From Parcubacteria group bacterium CG1_02_58_44 (lineage in GTDB: Bacteria; Patescibacteriota; Patescibacteriia; SG8-24), in NCBI GenBank assembly GCA_001872545.1, contig MNWN01000041.1, forward strand, positions 218 to 64,217: 64,000 nt of DNA. The letters are read 5' to 3'. Shown here in pieces: positions 37,450 through 49,375 of the stretch. Position 1 is the first letter of the stretch. Every line of letters starts with the position of its first letter. A model generated the notes under the pieces. The model had not been told where the DNA came from. It worked only from the letters and a program-made list of their open reading frames with translations, and made no database searches. Made by a program: the position numbers and the translations under genes.

Positions 37450-39618
37450 TTATTTCGTTTCCGTCCGGTTAGGCCCGTCCTCACGCAGCTTACCGCGGTT
37501 GAGTCCCGGCAGGTAGAGCAGCTCGGACCTGAACGGTCTCCAACCGGAAACCAAGCGCAGCAGGGTACGGCTGACAGTGATGGCCGAGAACATCGAGACC
37601 AGTACGCCGATACCGAGGGTGAAGGCGAAGCCCTTGATCAGCGACGAACTGGTGTAAAACAGGATGCAGCAGGAGATCAGCGTAGTCAGGTTTGAATCAC
37701 GAATCGACGGCCAGGCCCGACGGAAACCTTCTTCCAGGGCAGACTGCAGGGTCCGACCCCGCTGCAGCTCCTCCTTCAGCCGTTCGAAGATAAGAATGTT
37801 GGCGTCGACGGCCATGCCCAACGACAGGATCAGTCCGGCGAAGCCCGACAGCGTCAAGGTAACCGGAATCAGCTTATAGATGGCCAAGTTGACGGCCGTA
37901 TAGATGCCCAAAGCCACGACCGCAACCAACCCGGGCAGGCGGTAGTAAAGCAGCATGAACAGCACCACTATCAGGAAGCCGATCAGTCCGGCCCTGAGCG
38001 ACGAATATAGCGAATCATTGCCGAGAGTCGCGCCGACCGACTGCTGGGTCTCGAGATGAATCGGCACGGGCAGGGCACCGGCGTTCAGACGTTGGGCCAG
38101 CAGCTTGGCTTCCTGTATGGAGAAGTTGCCGCTGATGACCGCCTCACCGCCGGAGATGACCTGGTTGACGGTCGGGACGCTGATGGCCTCACCGTCGAGG
38201 AAGATGGCGACCGGCCGGCCGACGTTCCGTCCGGTGATATCGGCGAACAGGTCCTTGCCCTCGGGGTCGAACTCCAACGCGACCTGCGGCTCATTGGTCT
38301 GCGGATGGAACTGCACCACCGAACGCTTGAGCTGCTTGCCGGAAAGTTGGGTATTCTTCCACTGGTCGGCCGGCGGCACGTAGTCCGCTGCGGTCTTCTC
38401 GTTGACCTGGATGTGTCTCAGGTGGTACTCAACGATAGGCCGGGCATCAGTCTTATATATGACATGGAATCCGAAGTCGGTCTCGACCGGCTCGGCGGTG
38501 ATCTCACCGACCGCCAGAGCCTGTGTCGCGTCCTCGAAAGGCTTGACCATCGTGCCGGGCTGAAACCAGTCCAGGTCGCCGCCATTCTCCGCAGTTCCCA
38601 CGTCAGAAGAATTGTCCTGGGCCAGCTGGGCGAAGTTGTCCGGCGTGGCCTGTCCGGCCAGCTCCCGGGCCAGACTCAGAGCCTCGTCCTTGCTGCGTTC
38701 GGATTCGCATCGTGCGGCTCCGGCGTAGCAGATCAGGATATGTGAGGCCTTCATCTCCTGCCCTGACTCCCGCTGCCCCTCAAAGCGGACGATATGGTAG
38801 CCGCGATAGTCCTCCAGCAGCCGGGGAACGACCTGTCCCTCAGACACCATGTCATCGCTCAGCAGCTGGTCGATCAGTTCGGAGTACGGACCGGACTTTG
38901 ACTGAAAATCGAGATCCCCTCCGGTACCCCGGGTGGACAGGTCGTCTGAGTTCTCGGTAGCCAGGGCGACAAAGTCGCTACCGGACAGAGCCTGTGCCAA
39001 CAAGTCATCGGCTTTGGATTTGGCGGCTGCATTGTTTGCTTCCAGGTCAGCCTGCTCCTCGGCGGTCAGGGCCCGTGGCGGCTCGTCGTTCTGTTCCTTG
39101 AACTCGAGGATCGGAGTCTCGCCGATCAGCCTAATGGCCTCGGATATGTCCGACACTCCGGCCAGGTCGACGATCAGACGCCACTCGTCGCCGGACTTGT
39201 TGGTCTGAACCAGCGGTTCGGACACGCCGAAAGAGTTGACCCGCCGCTCGATGACGTCACGCACACCGGCGATCGATGCGTCCTGCTCCGAGGCGGAGAT
39301 GTTACTCATGTCGGCCACGTAGACCAGATGAGTTCCGCCCTGCAGGTCCAGGCCCAGCATGAACGGCTTTTCCCAAAACCGCGGCACCTGAAGATTGAAT
39401 CCAAGGGTTCCCTCGGACCAACTGTTGATCCGGTCGACGGACGAATTCCACCACTTCGGATAGCTCAGTGCACTGGAGAAGACCAGCAGCAGTACGATGA
39501 GAAACGCCGCCCGTCTGATCCGGCCGCGGGGCGTAGCCGGCAGGAGAAGCGACAGCAGAACACCCCAAAATCCACGGAGTGTCCGGCGTGAGCCTTTGAG
39601 AAAAGATTTCATACTCAT
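37450..39618 (-). CDS. secD: Protein translocase subunit SecD with inserted parvulin-type PPIase domains
   Basis: LGLDLQGG, RRVNSFGVSEP, GALPVP, GMAVDANILIFER; insert carries ASHILI, GGDLDWF, MVKPFE, ETDFGFHVI. Confidence 0.95.
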   Translation of the reverse strand: MSMKSFLKGSRRTLRGFWGVLLSLLLPATPRGRIRRAAFLIVLLLVFSSALSYPKWWNSSVDRINSWSEGTLGFNLQVPRFWEKPFMLGLDLQGGTHLVYVADMSNISASEQDASIAGVRDVIERRVNSFGVSEPLVQTNKSGDEWRLIVDLAGVSDISEAIRLIGETPILEFKEQNDEPPRALTAEEQADLEANNAAAKSKADDLLAQALSGSDFVALATENSDDLSTRGTGGDLDFQSKSGPYSELIDQLLSDDMVSEGQVVPRLLEDYRGYHIVRFEGQRESGQEMKASHILICYAGAARCESERSKDEALSLARELAGQATPDNFAQLAQDNSSDVGTAENGGDLDWFQPGTMVKPFEDATQALAVGEITAEPVETDFGFHVIYKTDARPIVEYHLRHIQVNEKTAADYVPPADQWKNTQLSGKQLKRSVVQFHPQTNEPQVALEFDPEGKDLFADITGRNVGRPVAIFLDGEAISVPTVNQVISGGEAVISGNFSIQEAKLLAQRLNAGALPVPIHLETQQSVGATLGNDSLYSSLRAGLIGFLIVVLFMLLYYRLPGLVAVVALGIYTAVNLAIYKLIPVTLTLSGFAGLILSLGMAVDANILIFERLKEELQRGRTLQSALEEGFRRAWPSIRDSNLTTLISCCILFYTSSSLIKGFAFTLGIGVLVSMFSAITVSRTLLRLVSGWRPFRSELLYLPGLNRGKLREDGPNRTETK

Positions 39619-39839
39619 ACTTGAGGAATCCCTCGGAAAAAACGAGCGCGACAGGACGCGCTGCCTACGTCAGATTATTCACAACTGCCAATCATCCTAA
39701 TTAAATGCGCCCGTTTTGACAACTCGACTGTTGTTCCGTAGGTGGCCGACCCTTATGGGGTGCGTTCGGGCATCCCAAATCTAACCAAAAAGGCGGATAC
39801 CCACCCGGGCCCGCCTTGATTTGTTTCTGTCCCCCTTTT

Positions 39840-40283
39840 TTAGGCCGGCTGCACGAACGGAGCGAAGGTGCGCTCCTGATGAGACTCGGCCCGCGCTGCC
39901 GCAGCCGCCTCGGCCATCACAGCAGAGACCGGCGTGTCGTCCTTCTTGAACCGAACCGTGAACTGCGGCACGTAGCGTGTCTCGTCCTCGACGATCTCGA
40001 CGGTCTTGCCCTCGACATACATGTTGAGCGCCAAGTCGGAGAGCAGCTCGGTGTCGGCGACGATCTCGTCCTTCAGCACGTCCATGCGATCGACTTCTGA
40101 CGAACAGGACATCTTGACCGTACCCTCAATCGACTTCTTGCGCTCGCGTAGGGTCTTCAGCTCCTCGACGACCTGCTGATACTCGGCGTTCTGGGCCAGC
40201 TCGTCCTTGACGACGCGATTCAGGTCACGGCGTTCCTTCTTCTTTTCCTTAAGACGATGATGTAGCTCATTGATGTCCCACAT
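39840..40283 (-). CDS. Hypothetical coiled-coil protein
   Basis: 147 aa, charged and helical, codon usage like neighbouring genes. Confidence 0.75.
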   Translation of the reverse strand: MWDINELHHRLKEKKKERRDLNRVVKDELAQNAEYQQVVEELKTLRERKKSIEGTVKMSCSSEVDRMDVLKDEIVADTELLSDLALNMYVEGKTVEIVEDETRYVPQFTVRFKKDDTPVSAVMAEAAAAARAESHQERTFAPFVQPA

Positions 40284-40373
40284 GGCGTTCGGGTTTAGCT
40301 GAAGACGTCTTGCATGCTATCAGCTTCAAGGGCCGATGTCATCCCCAATGACGGATCGACCGTAGCGAGCCGC

Positions 40374-40814
40374 TCAGACGACCAGCCGACCGAGGTCGCC
40401 GTCCAGAACGACAGGCCGGAAAGCCTCGATCTCGGTGCGACAGGACGGCATGTCAGGAATCGAATTCAGCAGAAACATCTTCTGGTCCAGAACGTGGGCA
40501 AAACCCATCTCCAGAAAAGTGTTGCCGCCGATGTAGCCGGCCACTCCGTTCTTTTCGCCATTCACGACCAGAATCGCGTCTCCATCCCTGATGGCCCGCC
40601 AGTGCTTCCGGATCAGATCATCCCTGATCGTCCTTTCGGCGAAGGTCCCTATCGCCTTCTCGCTGTTGATCTGACCCAACGTCACCTCCCCGCTGATGAT
40701 TCTGCGAGCGGTCGCCGGAATGTATACCTCATGGAAGCCCATGGATCCGAGCCGACCCGCCAGTTCATCGAACTGACGATAAAAGTTGAGACTGCCGCAG
40801 AAGACGATCTTCAT
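40374..40814 (-). CDS. Nucleoside 2-deoxyribosyltransferase-like small Rossmann-fold protein
   Basis: KIVFCGS, DAILVVN, GYIGGNTFLEMGFA. Confidence 0.7.
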   Translation of the reverse strand: MKIVFCGSLNFYRQFDELAGRLGSMGFHEVYIPATARRIISGEVTLGQINSEKAIGTFAERTIRDDLIRKHWRAIRDGDAILVVNGEKNGVAGYIGGNTFLEMGFAHVLDQKMFLLNSIPDMPSCRTEIEAFRPVVLDGDLGRLVV

Positions 40815-41233
40815 GATAAACTGTCGGTTACTTTGCCGAAACCGTCTTTTGGTAGGCGGCTATGGCCGTCTTGACGGTCGACACCGAACCGGCCCAGCTG
40901 CAATACGACCTTCTCGAGCTTACTGCAGTTGCCGCAAAAATTAGAGATGTCTTCCGGCAGGCCGACCGCCGCATAAAGTCGCCGCCAAGTCTTCAGCCGA
41001 TTCATGAACTTGTCGGTCGACCCGCGTGTCGACGGCCACAGCTCCCCATCCAACCGAAACCGCCAAAACAACCATAGCTGCAGAAAATGAAATACATCGC
41101 CGAACTCCTCCTTCATGCCGGCCGGGTTACGGTGCCAGACCTCGACCAGCCATTCCTTGACTTCAGCCCAGATATGCCGGGGCAAAATCCGCTCGTTTGA
41201 GGTGAATTCTCGTACGTATTGGCTAATTTTCAT
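40811..41233 (-). CDS. Hypothetical protein with a MazG-like motif
   Basis: AEVKEW...MKEEFGDVF resembles the ExxE...EExGD motif of all-alpha NTP pyrophosphatases. Confidence 0.55.
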   Translation of the reverse strand: MKISQYVREFTSNERILPRHIWAEVKEWLVEVWHRNPAGMKEEFGDVFHFLQLWLFWRFRLDGELWPSTRGSTDKFMNRLKTWRRLYAAVGLPEDISNFCGNCSKLEKVVLQLGRFGVDRQDGHSRLPKDGFGKVTDSLS

Positions 41234-41264
41234 GTTAAAGATGAACACTCCGTCATTATTTCTT

Positions 41265-41753
41265 TCAAGCAATCCTAGTCGAATTCAAACGTCCCTCGAT
41301 CCGGTCCATGCGCACAAGAGACGACAGACGTTCCTCGTCCAACCTATTAAGTACCGACGTTTGCTTGTCGAACTCGATCATCATGCGGTCTTCCAGACCG
41401 TCAACCCGTGCGTTCGCCGCCAAATCACCGAGCTTGTCGTCGATCTCCACCACCTTCTGAAAGAGCAGGTCCTCCCGCTCGTTCAGACCCCTGACCTCGG
41501 TCGTCAATTCCTCGATCTGGCCATTCAGCCGCCGGTCCATATCCGACATTTGGCCCTCGAAGCCGTCGAGTCGTCCGGTCAGCTTCCCAATCTCACCCGT
41601 CAGCCGCTGATCCATGTCGGACATCTGGCCGGTAAGGCGCTGATCAAGCCCTTCGATCTTACCGGTAAGACGCCGGTCTAGACCCTCGATCTGGCCGGTC
41701 AATAAAGTTGCCAAACCGTCTATTTTGTCGATTATCACTTGCTTGTCGCTCAT
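41265..41753 (-). CDS. Coiled-coil protein with 11-residue repeats
   Basis: LTGQIEGLDRR/LTGKIEGLDQR/LTGQMSDMDQR repeats. Confidence 0.75.
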   Translation of the reverse strand: MSDKQVIIDKIDGLATLLTGQIEGLDRRLTGKIEGLDQRLTGQMSDMDQRLTGEIGKLTGRLDGFEGQMSDMDRRLNGQIEELTTEVRGLNEREDLLFQKVVEIDDKLGDLAANARVDGLEDRMMIEFDKQTSVLNRLDEERLSSLVRMDRIEGRLNSTRIA

Positions 41754-41876
41754 AATCCGTCGGTTATTTCTATGACAACATTCCTTTTAGGGTACCCATA
41801 AAACGCCGTCAAATCAAACCAAAAAACCGGACCATGAGGCACGGTTTTTCCGCCTTAAAACGCCCCACGAAAAGGC

Positions 41877-42299
41877 CTAGCTCAACAAGATTCCTCGCTC
41901 AAGCAGATCGGGGATGATTTTCTCCCGTATGATCTCACTTACTTCCTGATTGTCACGATCATTCTTTCCGAGCCAGCCGAGAGCGACGATTTCCGAGTTG
42001 GGTACCGGTTGACCGACGATCGAACCGGAATACAGCTTGATGTTGACGATCTTTCCGGGCAGACCGGCAGCCGGAGCTTCATATTCTCCGACAAACTTCA
42101 CGGTCGACACGTCGAGTTGGCAGTTCAGTTCTTCCCCAACCTCTCTGGCCAACGATTCCTCGACCGATTCGCCGGCCTCAATGCTACCTCCTGGCATCAG
42201 CCACTGTGAGGTGACGTCCTCCTTAGACTTGTGGTCTACGAGAAACTTCGTCCTGTCCTCGTTAAGAATAAGCAGTGCGCTCTCGTTGATGTCTGCCAT
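41877..42299 (-). CDS. NUDIX hydrolase
   Basis: PGGSIEAGESVEESLAREVGEEL Nudix box. Confidence 0.92.
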   Translation of the reverse strand: MADINESALLILNEDRTKFLVDHKSKEDVTSQWLMPGGSIEAGESVEESLAREVGEELNCQLDVSTVKFVGEYEAPAAGLPGKIVNIKLYSGSIVGQPVPNSEIVALGWLGKNDRDNQEVSEIIREKIIPDLLERGILLS

Positions 42300-42308
42300 A
42301 GTTTCAAG

Positions 42309-42740
42309 TTAGTCCAGGCATTCGCCGACAAGACTGATGGCCTCGTCTTTTCCCAAAAAATGCCCGACCCTTACGACCTTGTCGGGTCGATGATCGAAAA
42401 CGTGCGAGATGAATTCAACCAGCTTACCCTTCGTCTCCTCATCGATCGAGACTTCATTATCGAGCAGTGCGGCCAAGACATTAAGATCTTCCTTACCGTC
42501 TTCGGACTGTTCCATCATTCCGATCGGATCACATTCCACCACCTGCCCAGTTCTCAGCTTCTTTTCGGTGATGATAAAGCAGTCCAAGTTGTCCCCGTCA
42601 CCGCTTGTCGTCCCCAAGATAAACCCGTACGGAAAGGGATACTCACGGGACACCCTGATGACCTTCCTGAACTCCAGCGTCTTTTCGTTGTACAAATTCT
42701 TCCGATCGGAACCGGCCTCATTCTCTATGAACACCTGCAT
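42309..42740 (-). CDS. Inorganic pyrophosphatase (family I)
   Basis: YPFPYGFILGT, DGDNLDC. Start placed at MQVFIE. Confidence 0.85.
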   Translation of the reverse strand: MQVFIENEAGSDRKNLYNEKTLEFRKVIRVSREYPFPYGFILGTTSGDGDNLDCFIITEKKLRTGQVVECDPIGMMEQSEDGKEDLNVLAALLDNEVSIDEETKGKLVEFISHVFDHRPDKVVRVGHFLGKDEAISLVGECLD

Positions 42741-42759
42741 AACTGATTTCGTAACTTTA

Positions 42760-43023
42760 TCAATTCTCCACCCACCTGACGACCATGACATGACTGTCCT
42801 CCAGCGCCTCTGACTCATGCATCTGACCGGAATGTAGAGCGTAATCTCCAGGACTGGATAGAATCATTTCTGTCGAACTGTTCGGAAAGTTCTGACGCCA
42901 CCTGCCGGAAATCAGCATGACCAGTGTCCTATCGCTCTCGTTCAGCTCGTGACCGGTCTCCTTTTTCAAACCCTTTTTGTGTCGCGCCCATTTTACTTCG
43001 ACTGTTTCGGAATGACGTGTCCA
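42760..43023 (-). pseudogene. C-terminal part of a cupin-like protein, 5'-truncated
   Basis: Frame reads WTRHSETVEVKWARHKKG...LISGRW...PGDYA...HESEALEDS...VRW, with a stop and no start upstream. Confidence 0.65.
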
Positions 43024-43202
43024 CCTTATTCAATTTCAAATTGAAATCTTAAACTGAGCAATGTCGACATCTTCCGCAAGAAGAGATAACGTTACTTGGA
43101 TTTGAACGGAGTCCATCAAAGCCTTTTGTTTTGGTGTCGACGGGTGCGGACAGAAGTAAAATAGACGTTGTCTAAAGTAACAGTATGGAGTACCATTCCA
43201 TA

Positions 43203-43577
43203 ATGGAAGAGGACCAGAAATTGGTTGACGCGGCAACTATAGTAATCCAGAAGAATTTTCTACTTGGGAAGCATCATGTGGGCTCTGCAGTGCGGGCAAA
43301 ATCTGGAAAGGTCTATGCCGGCGTTCATCTTGAATCCCTAACTGTTGATGTTTGTGCGGAACATGTTGCCATGGGAATGTCAGTCTCGAACGGAGAAAGG
43401 GAATTTGATTCCGTTGTTGCCGTCAGACTGCGAGACGTGTCCAAACCAACCGTCATTTCTCCATGTCAAATCTGTCAGGAATTGATAAATTTCTACGGAT
43501 CAGACATTTGGGTAATTCTTGAAGTCGATGGGGAATTAAAAAAATGTAGAATTAAGGATTTAATGATCCTTGTTTAG
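43203..43577 (+). CDS. Cytidine deaminase, blasticidin-S deaminase (Bsr)-like
   Basis: KHHVGSAVR, VHLE, VCAE, SPCQICQEL three-Cys zinc site. Confidence 0.85.
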   Translation: MEEDQKLVDAATIVIQKNFLLGKHHVGSAVRAKSGKVYAGVHLESLTVDVCAEHVAMGMSVSNGEREFDSVVAVRLRDVSKPTVISPCQICQELINFYGSDIWVILEVDGELKKCRIKDLMILV

Positions 43578-43668
43578 TTAGAAACACCTTTTAGAAATTC
43601 CATGAGGCATAGTCATGAAGTATGGTGGAGCACGGCAACTTAGATGAACTGAACGAAAGGCTGCCTAA

Positions 43669-44539
43669 GAGCGCGTTCAAAATCTTTTTCGCAAAATGCT
43701 GTAGAAAAGTGGGCACGCCAGTGCCCACTTTTCTTTTACGATATGCGACAACCATACCCAAGCGACGTCACCAGGGAGCAGTTCGAACTCGTCCGTCCGC
43801 TTCTCGAGTCCGCGAGGAAGACGACGCGGCCAAGGACCGTCGACCTGTACGATGCCTACTGCGGACTGCCCTACCTTCTGAAGAGCGGCTGCCAGTGGCG
43901 GATGATCCCGCGCGACTTTCCGAAGTGGAGGACAGTCCATTCCTACTTTCAGATCTGGAGCGCCGCGGACGGGGATCGCGGCAGCCTGCTCGAGCGGGCC
44001 CTAAAAAAAATCGTTGGCACGGTCCGTGTCGACCTCGGCAGGGACCCCTCCACGAGCTTTCTCATCGTTGATGCGCAGAGCGTGAAGAACACCGATTCCG
44101 CCAACGAGAAGGGATATGACGGCGGCAAGAAGGTCTCCGGCATCAAGCGGCACGTCGGAGTCGACACGAACGGCCTGCCGCATGCCATCGCCGTCACGAC
44201 GGCCGACGTCACGGACCGCGACGGAGCCGTTCTCATGGCGGCACAGAGCAGAAGGCACCTCTCCAGGGTGAGGGGACTCCTGGCCGACGGCGGCTATGCC
44301 GGCGCGCCGTTCGCGGAAAGGATCGACGGCATCCTTGGCGCAACGGTCGAGGCAGTGAAGCGAAACGAGATCCACGGGTTCGTCGTGCTTCCGAAGCGGT
44401 GGGTCGTGGAACGGTCGTTCAGCTGGCTGGAAAAATCTCGGAGGCTCTGGAAAAACTGCGAGCGGCTTCTCACGACCAGTCGCCAGATGGTGACGCTGGC
44501 TTTTCTTGTTTTGTTGCAGAAAAGATTTTGAACGCGCTC
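43669..44539 (+). mobile_element. IS5 family insertion sequence (IS1031-like), 871 bp
   Basis: Perfect 20-bp TIR GAGCGCGTTCAAAATCTTTT; TAA target duplication at 43666-43668 and 44540-44542. Confidence 0.95.
43743..44531 (+). CDS. IS5 family transposase
   Basis: YPSDVT, GCQWRMIP, VDAQSVK, DGGY, RWVVERSFSWL. Confidence 0.96.
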   Translation: MRQPYPSDVTREQFELVRPLLESARKTTRPRTVDLYDAYCGLPYLLKSGCQWRMIPRDFPKWRTVHSYFQIWSAADGDRGSLLERALKKIVGTVRVDLGRDPSTSFLIVDAQSVKNTDSANEKGYDGGKKVSGIKRHVGVDTNGLPHAIAVTTADVTDRDGAVLMAAQSRRHLSRVRGLLADGGYAGAPFAERIDGILGATVEAVKRNEIHGFVVLPKRWVVERSFSWLEKSRRLWKNCERLLTTSRQMVTLAFLVLLQKRF

Positions 44540-44632
44540 TAAGAGGAAGGGCTGGTTCGTCGGAGATTTTATTGAATATCCTTCTTGCTGTAAACTTCCA
44601 AATAGAAAATTTAAAGATTCTAACCGGATCGT

Positions 44633-44878
44633 ATGTCCATACTTTCATTAATTTCGATAGCACTGTGGATTCTTGTCGGGGTCGTAGGGCTATTCAAACC
44701 AAAAAGCGTCAAAGTCAACAATCGGCCAGTTAAAAATCCCCTCATCAGAATGATTGTGTGCTTTATCGCTGTGCCTTCCATCGGCATCGTGTTTTTAATT
44801 TTTGGATTAATCGGACTATTCCTGACCGCACCCATCATAGAACTGATCAACCCATCCTGGCTCCCTTTCTCGTTCTAG
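44633..44878 (+). CDS. Small two-TM membrane protein
   Basis: 81 aa with two hydrophobic segments. Confidence 0.6.
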   Translation: MSILSLISIALWILVGVVGLFKPKSVKVNNRPVKNPLIRMIVCFIAVPSIGIVFLIFGLIGLFLTAPIIELINPSWLPFSF

Positions 44879-44976
44879 CCATTTTTGGATATTAGCGAGA
44901 CTCCACAGTCTCGCTTTTTTTATCTACGTGTCCATGACGCTTCTTATAATTCGACTTTACACGGAATTACAAATTG

Positions 44977-47766
<2,790 letters not shown>

Positions 47767-47972
47767 GTTGGTTCAATAATCCGTGATTGACGGCCTCAAT
47801 ATATACCTCCCCGAACCGAACCGTCCATGCTTCGGGCTAAAATACGGTCCAAATGAAGCCTAATGACCCCACAAAACGACGAACGCGCCCGACTGAGCGC
47901 GTCCGCATTCGAACCTTCTATACTATAGATACATGACGAGCCAAGACTCTTCCGGTCCGCCCCACCGTCGTG

Positions 47973-48323
47973 CTAAAGCTCGAACGAACTCTGGCCATCA
48001 GTCACTTTGGCCTGATCTTCGAATTTTCCCTTGTAGTCGACGATCTGACGTCTAGCCTTGTCGCGAGCCTCGCGGATCGCCACATAGAGGTCCTCATTCT
48101 CGGCCTCGGCGTAGACGGACTTGCCCGGCAGTCCGACCCGCAGCTCGGCCCGGAAGAAAGGTCCCTTGTTGTGATGCTCGGTCGTCTTGCCGACCACCGC
48201 CTCGAGCGACACGGCCGTCCCGAACCTCTCCAGCTCCGACTCCAGCTTGGCCAGACGCTGCTCGACCGCCGACCGAATCACCTCGGTCAGCTCGATACCC
48301 TTGGTCTTAATGTCGACATGCAT
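47973..48323 (-). CDS. raiA: Ribosome hibernation factor (HPF/RaiA)
   Basis: IELTEVIR...EDLYVAI...RQI; upstream of secA. Confidence 0.85.
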   Translation of the reverse strand: MHVDIKTKGIELTEVIRSAVEQRLAKLESELERFGTAVSLEAVVGKTTEHHNKGPFFRAELRVGLPGKSVYAEAENEDLYVAIREARDKARRQIVDYKGKFEDQAKVTDGQSSFEL

Positions 48324-48367
48324 ATCGCTAGATCTTTAGGTTCGATTAGCAAATTGATTCATTCGAT

Positions 48368-49375
48368 TCAGCGCAGGTTGCAGCGCCGAAACAGCCCCTG
48401 CAGGGTCCCCGACGGAATGTAGGCGCCACCGTCGTCCTGCCGCTCGTTCTTGCGTGGGAACATGACCGATTGGGGATCGCCGTCATGACCCAACCCCAGC
48501 GCATGCCCGAACTCGTGCGTCAGCAGCATGACCAGGTCCTCGTGGTCGTCGAACTGATAGACGTTGATGGTCCCCGAGCCGTAGATCCCCTGCTCATCGT
48601 CGCCGCCCAAGGCAAACGTCTCGTTGAAGCGGTTCACTCCGGTGTTGAAACCGACCACCTTTTCCTGTTCCTGCCCGGCCAGCTGGTTCAGCCGTTCGGC
48701 CTGACGGTTCTGTTCTTCGATGAGCGCGTTCAGGTCGCTGACATAGCTGTCAAGGCGTCCCTGCTCGCGCAGCAGCTCGTCATAGGCGCCCCGAGACGCA
48801 CCGCCGCGGGCGTTCCAAGCCTGCACCGTCAATTCGAACAGCTGCAGTTGCTCCTCATAGTACGCCTTCAGTTCGGCTATCGATACCTCACGCTCATCGT
48901 AGGCGGACCTCATATCCTGATACTCGCTGGCTATCGAGCTGATCTCGGACTCCAGTCCGGTTCATTCCGACTTCAGCCGCTCCAGCTCCTGCGTCGCCAC
49001 CTGCCGATCGTCGAAAACCAGGTTGACGGCTACGGCATCGGCGTCGTCTGGATCATAGCGCAGCAGGTCCTGTCCGGTCGCGCTTTCCCACTGCCGCTCG
49101 GCCTCGGACATGACCGACAGCAGTTCCTCGCGAGAGATGCCGAACCGCTCGTCATAATGGCCGATCCGATATCCGATCGGCAGGCCGCAGACGTTGCCGG
49201 CGAACCACCACCAGCCGACACCGACGGCTGCCGCGACCGCCGCCAGCCAGACCCAACGAATCGCCTTACGCCTGACGGCAGGCCGCAGAACGGGACTGAC
49301 TTTCGCTTCCCCATCGACCTGTGGACCGGACACCCGTTCCCCGACCTGAACCGCCGGAACGTCAGAACCCGACAT
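48368..49375 (-). pseudogene. Matrixin-type zinc metalloprotease with coiled-coil insert, in-frame TGA at 48962-48964
   Basis: The two ORFs share one frame: TM anchor, then coiled coil, then HEFGHALGLGH and SVMFP Met-turn. Confidence 0.8.

Larger units (their letters stand above)
43622..44582 (+). pseudogene. N-terminal part of the cupin-like gene, interrupted by IS5
   Basis: Removing the IS and one TAA gives MVEHGNLDELNERLPKRKGWFVGDFIEYP. Confidence 0.6.

Noticed and set aside
41500-41705. 33-bp periodic repeats as a possible CRISPR array
   Set aside because: They are in-frame coding repeats without unique spacers, and no cas genes are present.
48962-48964. Genetic code 25 (UGA=Gly) or other stop recoding
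   Set aside because: Conserved genes here end normally at TGA (clpB, def, fmt, recR) and TAG (gltX, glyA), and only isolated internal stops occur.
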